Below are positions 39,756 through 50,283 of a stretch of DNA of 64,000 nt, piece after piece (position 1 is the stretch's first letter; each line of letters begins with the position of its first letter). The stretch is from the NCBI GenBank assembly GCA_020629275.1, contig JAHDDQ010000006.1, positions 1,275-65,274 of the forward strand, in the 5' to 3' direction. Position numbers and translations under genes: made by a program. The notes under the pieces are model-generated. The model did no database searches. It was not told the DNA's origin and saw nothing but the letters and a program-made list of their open reading frames with translations. The stretch comes from Tenacibaculum sp. (lineage in GTDB: Bacteria > Bacteroidota > Bacteroidia > Flavobacteriales > Flavobacteriaceae).

Positions 39756-40808
39756 ATGACAGTTAAAGTTCTATCAGTTGCTAAGCAACTTCCCAAATAT
39801 TCAAAAGAAACAAAAGAAATCATACCTTTTGTGAAAACATGGATGCAAAATCAAGAAGAACGTTTTCAACGTAAAGTGATTAAGCTTTTTGAAGGTGCAG
39901 GAGTCGATAAGCGCTATTCAATTATGCATCCAGAAGAAGTTTTTACAGCAACTTCTTTCGAAGAAAAGAATGATATTTACAGAAGAGAAGTCGTTAAATT
40001 AGCAGAAGATTCAGTAAAAAAATCATTAGAAAAATCAAAGTTAAAAGCAACAGATATTGATTATATTATTACTGTAAGTTGTACAGGAATTATGATTCCT
40101 TCTTTAGACGCATTTCTTATCAATTCTTTAAAAATGAAACAAAATATTATTCGTTTACCTGTTACCGAAATGGGTTGTGCGGCTGGAGTTTCAGGAATGA
40201 TATATGCAAAGAATTTTTTAAAAGCTAATCCAAATAAAAGAGCTGTAGTTGTTGCGGTAGAATCACCTACAGCAACCTTTCAACTTAACGATTACACAAT
40301 GACTAACGTTGTGAGTGCAGCTATATTTGGAGACGGTGCAGCAAGTGTTATTTTATCATCCCACGAAGATGATAAAGGACCTGTAATGGTAGATGAAGCG
40401 ATGTATCATTTTTATGATGCCACTCACATGATGGGATTTAAGCTAGTAAACACAGGGCTGCAAATGATTCTTGATAAGGAAGTCCCACAAAAAATAGCAG
40501 ATCATTTTCCTGCCATAGTACACCCTTTTTTAGAGCAAAATAATTTAACTATAGCGGATATTGATCATTTAATCTTTCACCCAGGAGGAAAGAAAATTGT
40601 TCAAACGGTAGAGGATTTATTTGGTGTTTTAGGTAAGAATATTAATGATACAAAAGAAGTACTAAAGCTTTATGGAAATATGTCGAGTGCAACAGTATTA
40701 TATGTTTTAGAACGATTTATGGATAGCAATCTAGAAAAAGGAGAGCGTGGATTAATGTTAAGTTTTGGACCAGGTTTTTCAGCACAACGTATTTTATTAG
40801 AATGGTGA
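39756..40808 (+). CDS. Type III polyketide synthase
   Basis: Cys-His-Asn triad: EMGCAAG, FHPGG, YGNMSS. SFGPG motif. Confidence 0.95.
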   Translation: MTVKVLSVAKQLPKYSKETKEIIPFVKTWMQNQEERFQRKVIKLFEGAGVDKRYSIMHPEEVFTATSFEEKNDIYRREVVKLAEDSVKKSLEKSKLKATDIDYIITVSCTGIMIPSLDAFLINSLKMKQNIIRLPVTEMGCAAGVSGMIYAKNFLKANPNKRAVVVAVESPTATFQLNDYTMTNVVSAAIFGDGAASVILSSHEDDKGPVMVDEAMYHFYDATHMMGFKLVNTGLQMILDKEVPQKIADHFPAIVHPFLEQNNLTIADIDHLIFHPGGKKIVQTVEDLFGVLGKNINDTKEVLKLYGNMSSATVLYVLERFMDSNLEKGERGLMLSFGPGFSAQRILLEW

Positions 40809-40926
40809 TTTAAAATGTAAAAGAGAATGAATATTGTTACTTCTTCGAGAGTGATAATGCGAACCTAAAGACAAAAGTAAAATAGTAGACGCTTTTAGGT
40901 AAAAACCAAATAAAACGAAATAAAAC

Positions 40927-41373
40927 TTGAACTCTAAAGAGATAATAGCACTATTGCCATATGAAAAACCATTTCTATTTGTAGATGAAATTACTGCTGT
41001 TTCAGAAAATGGAAGTACAGGAAATTACAGATTTAATGAAGATGCTTTTTTTTACAAAGGACATTTTAAAGATAACCCAATAACTCCAGGTGTAATCTTA
41101 ACAGAAACAATGGCACAAATAGGAGTCGTATGTTTAGGTATATTTTTACTGAAAGAAGAAATAGGAACAGGGCTGAATCCTCAAATTGCACTTACATCTA
41201 ATCAGGTTGACTTCTTTTTACCAGTTTTTCCAGGTGAGAAAGTAATTGCTGTTTCAGAAAAAGAATACTTTCGATTTAATAAATTAAAATGTAGTGTAAA
41301 ACTATACAATGAAGAGGAGAAATTAGTTTGCAGAGGTATAATTTCAGGAATGTTAACAACCAAAGAAGTATGA
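40927..41373 (+). CDS. FabZ/FabA-like 3-hydroxyacyl-ACP dehydratase
   Basis: LLPYEKPFLFVD, FYKGHF, PGVILTETMAQ. Confidence 0.9.
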   Translation: MNSKEIIALLPYEKPFLFVDEITAVSENGSTGNYRFNEDAFFYKGHFKDNPITPGVILTETMAQIGVVCLGIFLLKEEIGTGLNPQIALTSNQVDFFLPVFPGEKVIAVSEKEYFRFNKLKCSVKLYNEEEKLVCRGIISGMLTTKEV

Positions 41374-42641
41374 AAAGTAGAGTAGTTGTAACTGGACTAG
41401 GTGTAGTAGCACCAAACGGAGTGGGAGTTCCAGCATTTACAAATGCATTAAAAAAAGGAATTTCAGGAATTACCTTTCATCAAAACCTTAAAGATTTAAA
41501 CTTTTCGTGTTGTATCGGTGGAATTCCAACAGTTTCTGAAGCGATGAAGCAGGCGTATTTAACACCACTACAATTACGAGGTTTTTCAAGTTCAGGAATT
41601 TTATATGGATGTATAGCCGGAATAGATGCTTGGAAAGATGCAGGTTTTTTAGTTGAAGAAAACTCTGAATTAGATGTTGATACAGGAATGATATTCGGAG
41701 CAGGAACATCTGGAGTAGATAAATTTCGAGAAGCTATTTATAAAATTGATGCACAGAAAGTAAAACGTTTGGGAAGTACAGCTGTAGTCCAAACCATGTC
41801 TAGTGGTATAAGTGCATATTTAGGAGGAATTTTAGGGTTAGGAAATCAAGTTACTTCTAACTCTTCTGCATGCACAACTGGAACTGAAGCTTTATTATTG
41901 GGGTTTGAAAGAATTCAGGCAGGAAAAGCAAAGCGCATGTTAGTAGGGAGTTGTAGTGATGATGGCCCGTATATTTGGGGTGGATTTGACGCTATGCGTG
42001 TGATGACATACAAGCACAACGAATCTCCTGAAAAAGGATCTAGGCCAATGAGTACAACAGCTTCAGGTTTTGTGCCAGGAAGCGGTGCGGGTGCTTTAGT
42101 CTTAGAATCTCTAGAAAGTGCCAAGGAAAGAAATGCAACTATTTATGCTGAGGTTTTAGGAGGAAATGTAAATTCAGGAGGACAACGAAATGGAGGAACC
42201 ATTACAGCCCCAAATCCTGAAGCTGTTCAACGTTGTATTATAAATGCTTTGAAAGATGCGGCAGTTTCTTCTGGTGAGATTGACGCAATTAATGGTCATT
42301 TAACAGCAACATCGAAAGATACATTAGAAATTGAAAATTGGTCGAAAGCGTTGCAAAGGAAAGGGGCTAATTTTCCATATATTAACTCCTTAAAATCAAT
42401 GAACGGACACTGCTTAGCAGCCGCTGGAGCTATTGAAAGTGTGGCAACAGTATTACAATTAAAAGAACAGTTTTTATTCCCAAATATTAACTGTGAAGAT
42501 ATTCATTCAGATATTGAAGCACTGATAAATACAGATAAAATTCCGAGACAGAAAATGAATATAGCATTAAATACAATAGCGAAAGCAAGTTTTGGTTTTG
42601 GCGATGTAAATGCATGTGTTATCTTTAAAAAATATAAATAG
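41370..42641 (+). CDS. FabF-like beta-ketoacyl-ACP synthase
   Basis: VVVTGLG, SSACTT, NGHLT, GHCLAAAG, SFGFG. Confidence 0.93.
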   Translation: MKSRVVVTGLGVVAPNGVGVPAFTNALKKGISGITFHQNLKDLNFSCCIGGIPTVSEAMKQAYLTPLQLRGFSSSGILYGCIAGIDAWKDAGFLVEENSELDVDTGMIFGAGTSGVDKFREAIYKIDAQKVKRLGSTAVVQTMSSGISAYLGGILGLGNQVTSNSSACTTGTEALLLGFERIQAGKAKRMLVGSCSDDGPYIWGGFDAMRVMTYKHNESPEKGSRPMSTTASGFVPGSGAGALVLESLESAKERNATIYAEVLGGNVNSGGQRNGGTITAPNPEAVQRCIINALKDAAVSSGEIDAINGHLTATSKDTLEIENWSKALQRKGANFPYINSLKSMNGHCLAAAGAIESVATVLQLKEQFLFPNINCEDIHSDIEALINTDKIPRQKMNIALNTIAKASFGFGDVNACVIFKKYK

Positions 42642-42646
42642 TAAAC

Positions 42647-42898
42647 ATGGATAAAGAAGTGTTAATTTCTAAATTAAAAACGATTGTAAAACCTTACGTT
42701 CAAAATGATGAAGCGTTTACTAATTTAACTGAGGAGACAGATTTTATAAATGATTTGCATATAAATTCGGCGAATTTAGTAGATGTGATTTTAGATGTAG
42801 AAGATGAATTTAATATAGAAATTGATAATGAAGCTATGGAGAAAATGCTGTCCGTAAAAGCAGCTATGGAAATTATAGAAGAAAAACTTTCTAGTTAA
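42647..42898 (+). CDS. Acyl carrier protein
   Basis: Acidic 83-aa protein with DLHINSANLVD carrier Ser. Confidence 0.9.
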   Translation: MDKEVLISKLKTIVKPYVQNDEAFTNLTEETDFINDLHINSANLVDVILDVEDEFNIEIDNEAMEKMLSVKAAMEIIEEKLSS

Positions 42899-43449
42899 TG
42901 ATAGGGAACGATATTGTTGATTTACAAATAGCGAAGAAACAAAGTAATTGGCAAAGAGAGGGTTTCTTAGATAAACAATTTACGGAGAAAGAGCAAAGTG
43001 AAATCTTGAATGCTAAAAACCCATTTATATATGTTTGGTTGCTATGGAGCATGAAAGAAGCTGCCTATAAATGTTACGTTCAAGAACATCAACAGCGATT
43101 TTTCAATCCAAAAAAAATTAGTTGTTTTTCAGTTTCTCAAACGAAAGGTATAGTTTCAATATATGAAAATGATTATTATACAAAATCAACAGTTACTTCA
43201 AGGTATATACATACAATAGCTTTTTGTAGACAGAACACAAAGGTAAAAAAGGAATTGTTTCCGATAAAAGAGAAAGAGAATCAGAGCGCTATCATTAAGT
43301 CAAAATTATTAAGTTCTTTTTCAGAAAAGATGATATTAAAAAAAAATGAAATAGGGATTCCTTATCTCTATTTAAATGAAGAGGAACAGAAAATTTCTTT
43401 TTCGATCTCACATCATGGTAATTATGGTGCATTTGTAATTCTTAAATAA
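42898..43449 (+). CDS. 4'-phosphopantetheinyl transferase
   Basis: MIGNDIVD, WSMKEAAYK, SISHH. Confidence 0.9.
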   Translation: MIGNDIVDLQIAKKQSNWQREGFLDKQFTEKEQSEILNAKNPFIYVWLLWSMKEAAYKCYVQEHQQRFFNPKKISCFSVSQTKGIVSIYENDYYTKSTVTSRYIHTIAFCRQNTKVKKELFPIKEKENQSAIIKSKLLSSFSEKMILKKNEIGIPYLYLNEEEQKISFSISHHGNYGAFVILK

Positions 43450-43450
43450 A

Positions 43451-43900
43451 ATGGATGTAAAAAAAGAACTTTATACACTTTGTGAAACATATGTAAATCA
43501 ACGTAAAGAAACCGTTGAAAAAGTGATGAAATCTAATAGAATAGCTCTAGAAGGAGAAACGAAGAGTTCAGCTGGAGATAAGCATGAAACTGGAAGAGCA
43601 ATGTTGCAGTTAGAAATGGAGAAAGCAAGTCAGCAATTTGAAGTGATCCAGAAAATGGCAATAGCACTTCAGCAAATAAATATCATAAAAACTTCAGAAA
43701 TAGTATGCTTAGGAAGCATTGTTTATACAACTAAAGGTATTTATTTCTTAGCAATTAGTGTAGGTAAATTAGTAGTCGAAAAAACGGAATATTATGTTAT
43801 CTCGAGTTCTTCTCCCATTGGAAAATTACTATTAGGTAAGCAGAAAAATGATTCAATAGTTTTTAATGGAAATAAGATTGAAATTAAAGAGGTAACTTAA
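43451..43900 (+). CDS. GreA/GreB-like protein
   Basis: ETKSSAGDKHETGRAM coiled coil, ISSSSPIGKLLLGK. Confidence 0.75.
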   Translation: MDVKKELYTLCETYVNQRKETVEKVMKSNRIALEGETKSSAGDKHETGRAMLQLEMEKASQQFEVIQKMAIALQQINIIKTSEIVCLGSIVYTTKGIYFLAISVGKLVVEKTEYYVISSSSPIGKLLLGKQKNDSIVFNGNKIEIKEVT

Positions 43901-44816
43901 ACCGAACACATATAGAAGCGTCAACGGGAATGTTTGTCTTATGAGTTAAAAATAAACGTGTATCGTTAAGTTCTATTTCTATTAACCAATACCATCCTCG
44001 AAAATAATTATTTTTAACAATAGCTTTTAGTTCGGAGTTTTTAACGATATGTATTTGATGTGGATATAATATAAAGTGTTTACCATATAAGGTAATTTCG
44101 TTTACATCATCAAACAGAGAAGCAATATATGTACTTTTTGGGTTTTCATATAACTGTTTTGGATTACCATTTACAAGAATTGTATGGTCTTTAATAACAA
44201 TTAATTGATCTGCAAAGGATAGCGCATCATTACCATCATGAGTTGCTACGATACACGCAATTTTTTGTTGTTTTAAATAAGAAAACAAATTTCTTCGTAA
44301 TGTGCTTTTTTTAAAGTTGTCAATCTGGCTAAAAGGTTCATCCAACAATAGTAATTCTGGTTCTTTTGCTAAAGCCCTAGCAATAGCAACACGTTGTTGC
44401 TGACCACCACTTAAATTTTTAACTTTAATATCTGCATACGCTTCCATTTCAATAACCTTAAGAAGTTCTTGTGTTCTAAGTTTTGCTTTCTCAGGGTGAA
44501 AACGTGATAGAAATTTTGAAATGTTTTCTGTTACTGAAGTAAAAGGCATTAACTCAAAGTCCTGTGGAACATATTTAAAAAAATCCATTCCAGGAATTAA
44601 ATGAGTACTAGGACCTAAAATTTCATTATTATCCCAAAAAAGTGAGCCTTTATGTGCGTCTAACAAACCGTAAATAAGTTTTAATAAAGTAGATTTTCCA
44701 CAACCACTTTCGCCCATAATACATAAGTGCTCACCTTTATTTAGTGAAAAGCTTATGTTTTGAAGTGTTTTTTTTTCTTCAGAATATGAAAAGGAAATAT
44801 TATTTACTTGCAGCAT
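43884..44816 (-). CDS. ABC transporter ATP-binding protein
   Basis: GESGCGKS, LSGGQQQR, LLLLDEP. Start set at MLQVNN. Confidence 0.92.
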   Translation of the reverse strand: MLQVNNISFSYSEEKKTLQNISFSLNKGEHLCIMGESGCGKSTLLKLIYGLLDAHKGSLFWDNNEILGPSTHLIPGMDFFKYVPQDFELMPFTSVTENISKFLSRFHPEKAKLRTQELLKVIEMEAYADIKVKNLSGGQQQRVAIARALAKEPELLLLDEPFSQIDNFKKSTLRRNLFSYLKQQKIACIVATHDGNDALSFADQLIVIKDHTILVNGNPKQLYENPKSTYIASLFDDVNEITLYGKHFILYPHQIHIVKNSELKAIVKNNYFRGWYWLIEIELNDTRLFLTHKTNIPVDASICVRFKLPL

Positions 44817-44941
44817 ATTAACAAAAATAAGTAAAGAAGAAGGTGAATAAAATAAAAAGTGAAGCTTTTTTATTTTATTTTTTTGAATAAAAAAAAACCG
44901 ACACATTAGTGCCGGTTTTAATATGAAAGTGAATTTATATT

Positions 44942-47026
44942 TTACCAAATTTTAACGCGATCTTCAGGTTTTAAGAACATTTCGTCACCTTCTTTAATAT
45001 CGAATGCTGAATAAAAAGCATCAACATTTCTTAAAGGCATATATGCTCTAAACATTCCTGGAGCATGAGGGTCTGTTTTAATTAAATTCTTTAAAGCATC
45101 TGGACGCGCTTTAGTTCTCCAAACAGTAGCCCACGATAAGAAAAATCTTTGCTCAGGAGTAAATCCGTCGATTTCACCAGGACGACCATTCTTTTCTAAG
45201 AAAATTTGTAATCCTTCATAAGCAGCATTTACACCACCTAAATCACCAATATTTTCACCTAGGGTGAATGTTCCATTTACATGAACATCATCAATAGCAA
45301 CTAATGCGTCAAACTGACCAATTAATGCTTTTCCTTCAGCGGTAAACTTTTCTAAATCTTGTGGAGTCCACCAGTTGTTTAGGTTTCCATCACCATCAAA
45401 ACGAGATCCAGAATCATCAAAACTATGAGAAATTTCATGACCAATTACAGCACCTATACCACCGTAGTTAACTGCTTCGTCAGCTTTATAATTATAAAAA
45501 GGAGGTTGTAATATAGCAGCAGGGAAAACAATCTCGTTATTTACAGGATTGAAGTATGCGTTTACAGTTTGAGGAGACATACCCCATTCCGTACGATCAA
45601 CAGGCTTCCCTAATTTAGCCATATTTTTATCATAATTCCATTTTGAAACATTTATAGCGTTTTCAAAATAACTACCACCTTCTTTAATTCCTTTTACTTG
45701 TAAAGCACTGTAATCTTTCCACTTATCAGGATATGCAATTTTTACGGTTAATTTATTCAGTTTATCTAAAGCTTTTTGCTTCGTAGAATCTCCCATCCAC
45801 GTTAAACCGTTAATACGCTTTTCGAAACCTAAACGTACGTTGGCAATCATTTCTTCAGCTTTTTTCTTAGCTTCAGGTGGAAACATTTTATCAACATACA
45901 ATTTACCAATAGCTTCACCTATTGATCCGTTTACAGAAGCTAAAGCTCTTTCATCGCGAGGTCTTTGCTCTTTAGCACCTCTCAAATCCCTACTGTAAAA
46001 CTCCCAGTTTGCTGTTTCTAAATCAGTTGATAATAATCCAGCAGCACTATTAACAATATTCCAACGTAATAATGTTTTCATATCGTCAACAGAACGTTGT
46101 GTAAAAACTTCACTCATTGCTTTAAAGTAATTAGGGTCTGTAACGATTACTTTATCAATATCAGTTACACCAATTCCTTTTAAGTGAGCATTCCAATCAA
46201 TCGCAGGTGCGATTTTTTGTAATTCCTCAACAGACATTGGATTATACATCTTACGAGCGTCTCTACGATCTTCTTTAGTCATCATAGGTTTTGCTAAACT
46301 TTTTTCAAAAGCAACTACAGTAGCTGCATTTTTAGTTGCTGTAGCTTCATCTTCACCAAGTTCTTTAAACATTCGTGCTACGAAAGCTTCATATTTTTTC
46401 AACTTTTCTTTAGTGTCTTCGTCTTCGTCAACATAATAATCTCTAGATAATCCTAAGCCACCAGCACCTAAGTAGCCAGCATTCATATTACTATTTTTAA
46501 GATCATTATACACGCCAAAGCCATAAAATGCACCGCCTCCATAAGGGGCCATTTTAGTGATATAATTTTCTACATCAACTTTAGTTTTAATTTCATCAAC
46601 TTTTGCTAAGTAAGGTTTTAAAGGGTTCATCCCTTGTTTATTACGGTTTACAGTATCCATAATACTTTCGTAATAGCTTACAGCTTTTTGTTGGTCACTA
46701 TCTATTTCATTTCCTTGTGTATCTTTTATTTTAGGAAAACTTCCTTGCTCAATAGCTTCATCTAAAATAGCAAGTACATCAGCATCAGTCTTTTTACGGA
46801 GTTCACTAAAACTTCCCCAACGAGTTCTATCTGCAGGAATTTCAGTGTTTTTTTCCCAAGTACCGTTTACATAATTATAGAAATCGTTTGCTGGTTTTAC
46901 CGTAGTATCCATGTTTTCTAAAACAATTCCAGGAACTTTTTCCTCTTGTTTTTGGTCTGTTTTACAACTTATAGCTACTAAAGAAGCTACTGCGGATGTA
47001 AACAAGACTTTTTTAATGGTTTTCAT
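44942..47026 (-). CDS. M13 family metallo-endopeptidase (PepO-like lipoprotein)
   Basis: VNAYF, GHEISHSFD, GENIGDLGG, lipobox ISC. Confidence 0.95.
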   Translation of the reverse strand: MKTIKKVLFTSAVASLVAISCKTDQKQEEKVPGIVLENMDTTVKPANDFYNYVNGTWEKNTEIPADRTRWGSFSELRKKTDADVLAILDEAIEQGSFPKIKDTQGNEIDSDQQKAVSYYESIMDTVNRNKQGMNPLKPYLAKVDEIKTKVDVENYITKMAPYGGGAFYGFGVYNDLKNSNMNAGYLGAGGLGLSRDYYVDEDEDTKEKLKKYEAFVARMFKELGEDEATATKNAATVVAFEKSLAKPMMTKEDRRDARKMYNPMSVEELQKIAPAIDWNAHLKGIGVTDIDKVIVTDPNYFKAMSEVFTQRSVDDMKTLLRWNIVNSAAGLLSTDLETANWEFYSRDLRGAKEQRPRDERALASVNGSIGEAIGKLYVDKMFPPEAKKKAEEMIANVRLGFEKRINGLTWMGDSTKQKALDKLNKLTVKIAYPDKWKDYSALQVKGIKEGGSYFENAINVSKWNYDKNMAKLGKPVDRTEWGMSPQTVNAYFNPVNNEIVFPAAILQPPFYNYKADEAVNYGGIGAVIGHEISHSFDDSGSRFDGDGNLNNWWTPQDLEKFTAEGKALIGQFDALVAIDDVHVNGTFTLGENIGDLGGVNAAYEGLQIFLEKNGRPGEIDGFTPEQRFFLSWATVWRTKARPDALKNLIKTDPHAPGMFRAYMPLRNVDAFYSAFDIKEGDEMFLKPEDRVKIW

Positions 47027-47128
47027 CGTTTATTTGTGTTTAATTGAATTTGATATTAATTTTACGTTCCTTCTTCATCTTGTCTTTCATTTTATAGTTA
47101 GATGTTATAAAAATGTAAACGTTACAGA

Positions 47129-49285
47129 CTATCCTTTTATTTTAACTTTCTTAGTGCTCGGAAGCTTTTTAAACCCCATGTTGAATAAGGTAAATCCAAA
47201 GATATCAGCGTATTGCTCTATTGTTTTTGCGATTGGTGTACCAGCACCATGACCCGCGTTAGTTTCAATTCTAATTAAAACAGGGTTATCTCCCTTCTGC
47301 TTATCCTGCAATTCGGCTGCAAATTTAAAACTATGTGCTGGAACAACACGATCATCATGATCTCCAGTAGTTACCATTGTAGCTGGATATTCAACTCCTT
47401 TTTTAACATTATGAACAGGTGAATAGCCTTTTAGATATTCAAACATTTCTTTATTGTCTTTTGAAGTTCCATAATCATAAGCCCAACCTGCACCAGCAGT
47501 AAATGTATGATAACGAAGCATATCGAGTACGCCAACTGCAGGTAATGCAACCTTCATTAAATCTGGTCGTTGAGTCATTGTTGCTCCAACTAATAAACCG
47601 CCATTTGAACCTCCTCTAATTGCTAAATAATCTGATGAGGTATATTTTGTGTTTATTAAATATTCAGCGGCAGCAATAAAGTCATCAAAAACATTTTGTT
47701 TTTGCATTTTTGTTCCAGCGACATGCCACTTTTTCCCATACTCTCCACCACCACGTAAATTAGCCACAGCATATATTCCACCTTGTTCCATCCAAACAGC
47801 ATTAGCGATATTAAAACTTGGAGTTAAACTAATATTAAAACCACCATATCCGTAAAGAATAGTAGGATTTTTTCCATTAAGCACCATTCCTTTCTTGTAT
47901 GTAAGAATCATTGGTATTTTAGTACCATCCTTTGAATTATAAAAAACTTGTTTGCTTTCAAAGTCATCAGCATTAAATGAAATTTGTGGTTTCCAGTATA
48001 GCTTATATGATCCATTTTCTGGATTAAATATATACGTTGAGCTTGGGGTATTATAATTTGTAAAAGAAAAATACAAATCTTTAGCTTCTTTTTTTCCTCC
48101 AAAACCACTTACTGAACCAACACCAGGCAATTCGATTTCTCTTATTAACTTACCTTCATAATTATATTGTAATACTTTGGAAACGGCATCAACCATATAT
48201 TCTGCAAAAAAGAAGTTAGACCCTACAGATGGGCTCAATACATTTTCAGTTTCAGGGATAAAATCCTTCCAGTTCTCAGGTGTTGGACTAGAAGCATCTA
48301 CTGTTACTACTTTTTTATTAGGAGCATTTAAATTGGTAACTAAATATAAGGTGCTTCCAACATTATCTATTACAAAAGTATCACTATCAACATTATCTAA
48401 AACAGTAATTAATTTACTATTAGCCTTAGTTAAATCTTTAATGAAAAGTTTATTGCCAGATGTTGATACTTGAGCTTGAATAACTAAGTAACGATCATCT
48501 TGAGTTACATATGCAAAAACATACCTGTGCTTCTCTTCAGGCTTAGCACCGAAAATAATTTCATCATTTTTTTGACTTGTTCCTAATTTATGATAATATA
48601 ACTTATGTTGGTCAGTTTTCGCAGACAGTTCACTCCCTTTTGGTTTATCATAACTGGAATAAAAGAAACCTTCATTCCCTTTCCAAGAGACACCAGAGAA
48701 TTTTACATCTACTAATGTATCTTCTTTAACTTCTTTAGAAGCAACATCCATTATTATTATTTTTCTCCAGTCACTTCCACCCTCAGAAATACTATAAGCA
48801 ACAGTTTTAGAATCTTCAGAAAAACTAACTGAAGCCATTGAAGTAGTACCATCTTTTGAGAATGTGTTTGGGTTTAGAAACACCTCTTCTTCACCCCCTT
48901 CTTTTTTTCTGTATAATACACTTTGATTTTGTAGTCCATCATTTTTATAAAAATAAGTGTAGTCACCTTCCTTGAATGGAGCACTTAACTTTTCATAATT
49001 CCATAATTCTGTTAATCGTTCTTTAATTTGTTCTCGGTATGGTATTTTATCCAAGTAATCAAATGTCACTTTGTTCTCGGCCTTCACCCATTCTTCAGTT
49101 TCCTTACTTGTATCATCTTCTAACCATCTATAATTATCAGTTACTTTCGTACCAAAATAATCTTCGATAACAGGTTGTTTTATTGTTTCAGGATAATTCA
49201 CGTTTGTAGCGGTTGTGTTTGTACTTTCTTTTTTACAAGCTATAAATAAGGAGCTTATTAATAAAGTAATTATTATTTTTTTCAT
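47129..49285 (-). CDS. Prolyl oligopeptidase (S9A), lipoprotein
   Basis: GGSNGG, DHDDRV, AGHG, lipobox IAC. Start set at MKKIII. Confidence 0.95.
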   Translation of the reverse strand: MKKIIITLLISSLFIACKKESTNTTATNVNYPETIKQPVIEDYFGTKVTDNYRWLEDDTSKETEEWVKAENKVTFDYLDKIPYREQIKERLTELWNYEKLSAPFKEGDYTYFYKNDGLQNQSVLYRKKEGGEEEVFLNPNTFSKDGTTSMASVSFSEDSKTVAYSISEGGSDWRKIIIMDVASKEVKEDTLVDVKFSGVSWKGNEGFFYSSYDKPKGSELSAKTDQHKLYYHKLGTSQKNDEIIFGAKPEEKHRYVFAYVTQDDRYLVIQAQVSTSGNKLFIKDLTKANSKLITVLDNVDSDTFVIDNVGSTLYLVTNLNAPNKKVVTVDASSPTPENWKDFIPETENVLSPSVGSNFFFAEYMVDAVSKVLQYNYEGKLIREIELPGVGSVSGFGGKKEAKDLYFSFTNYNTPSSTYIFNPENGSYKLYWKPQISFNADDFESKQVFYNSKDGTKIPMILTYKKGMVLNGKNPTILYGYGGFNISLTPSFNIANAVWMEQGGIYAVANLRGGGEYGKKWHVAGTKMQKQNVFDDFIAAAEYLINTKYTSSDYLAIRGGSNGGLLVGATMTQRPDLMKVALPAVGVLDMLRYHTFTAGAGWAYDYGTSKDNKEMFEYLKGYSPVHNVKKGVEYPATMVTTGDHDDRVVPAHSFKFAAELQDKQKGDNPVLIRIETNAGHGAGTPIAKTIEQYADIFGFTLFNMGFKKLPSTKKVKIKG

Positions 49286-49428
49286 TGTAAGTAGATTAAG
49301 CAGTATTCTCAAAATTAGATTAAAATATGGTTGAAGACTATATTTTAAGACCATTTTAACATAAAAATGCACTTATGTAATGAAATATAAAATTTCCGTC
49401 TAACTTTATGGAAAAATATACAATAAAC

Positions 49429-49788
49429 ATGACAGAATTATTATCAAAAGATACCTTCATAGATAAAGTTTTTAATTATGAAGAAAATAAAGAATGGAAT
49501 TTTAAAGGTGATATACCTGCTATTATCGATTTTTATGCAGATTGGTGTGGGCCTTGTAAAATGTTAGCACCAGTTTTGGAAGAACTAGGGAAAGAGTATC
49601 AAGACAAGGTTATTATTTACAAAATAGATACAGAGAAAGAAAGAGAGTTATCAGCTATGTTTGGAATAAAAAGTATACCATCTATGCTCTTTTGTCCAAT
49701 AGGAGAAGATCCTCAAATGGCGCATGGCGCATTACCAAAAAAGCAGATTGAACAAATAATTACAGATGTTTTAAAAGTGTCAAAGTAA
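49429..49788 (+). CDS. Thioredoxin
   Basis: DFYADWCGPC. Confidence 0.95.
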   Translation: MTELLSKDTFIDKVFNYEENKEWNFKGDIPAIIDFYADWCGPCKMLAPVLEELGKEYQDKVIIYKIDTEKERELSAMFGIKSIPSMLFCPIGEDPQMAHGALPKKQIEQIITDVLKVSK

Positions 49789-49818
49789 GATTTTCGTTAA
49801 AAAATGGTTATATAATTA

Positions 49819-49910
49819 CATAAAGTACAAAAATATAGTACCATATATACAAAAAAACAATCCATTTATACAAAATGTAAATTTTTAATTGGTAAATCTA
49901 TTTATATTTG
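49819..49910 (+). promoter_or_regulatory. Promoter with three direct repeats (21-22 bp period) and -7 element
   Basis: cataaagtacaaaa (49819), ccatatatacaaaa (49841), ccatttatacaaaa (49862), TAtaTTTG 49903-49910. Confidence 0.62.
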
Positions 49911-49914
49911 TCGC

Positions 49915-50016
49915 GTACTTTTATGTATTCAACATTTACACAATCATAAATCGTAATATTGGGGATTATTCGAATTATGGAATCAAAAAAACGACGTTAC
50001 TCAGACGTCGTTTTTT
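49915..50016 (+). ncRNA. Putative small RNA with GGGGATTAT in a hairpin, terminator 49986-50016
   Basis: Hairpin cataa-a-tcg-taat-[attgggg]-atta-tt-cga-a-ttatg, terminator aaaaaacgacgt...acgtcgtttttt. Confidence 0.58.
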
Positions 50017-50283
50017 ATTTTAATATATACAACTTCTTTCATGCTTTTTCTTAGAATAAGAAACCCAGTAAAATCAACTAGCGAGCGTTTTTTTAATATT
50101 TAAACTACTGTTTTTCAGTAATTTAATTGTTTGTTTAAAATGTTAAATTTTTGAGTTTTTATGTTTTTTGTTAAAAACTTCAAGGACTTTGTGGAAAAGT
50201 ATAACTTTATTTTTGAGTTAAATTTTCCAATCTTTGTAGTCCCCCTCAAAGAACTTAAAAAAACAATAATTTAAAACAATAAA

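Noticed and set aside
40809-40926. Weak inverted repeat (acctaaag...cttttaggt) between the PKS and dehydratase genes
   Set aside because: Short stem with a long loop and no second copy seen, so no element can be supported.
37919-43449. Flexirubin/aryl-polyene pigment cluster
   Set aside because: No DarA/DarB pair or the larger aryl-polyene gene set. The core enzyme is a type III PKS.
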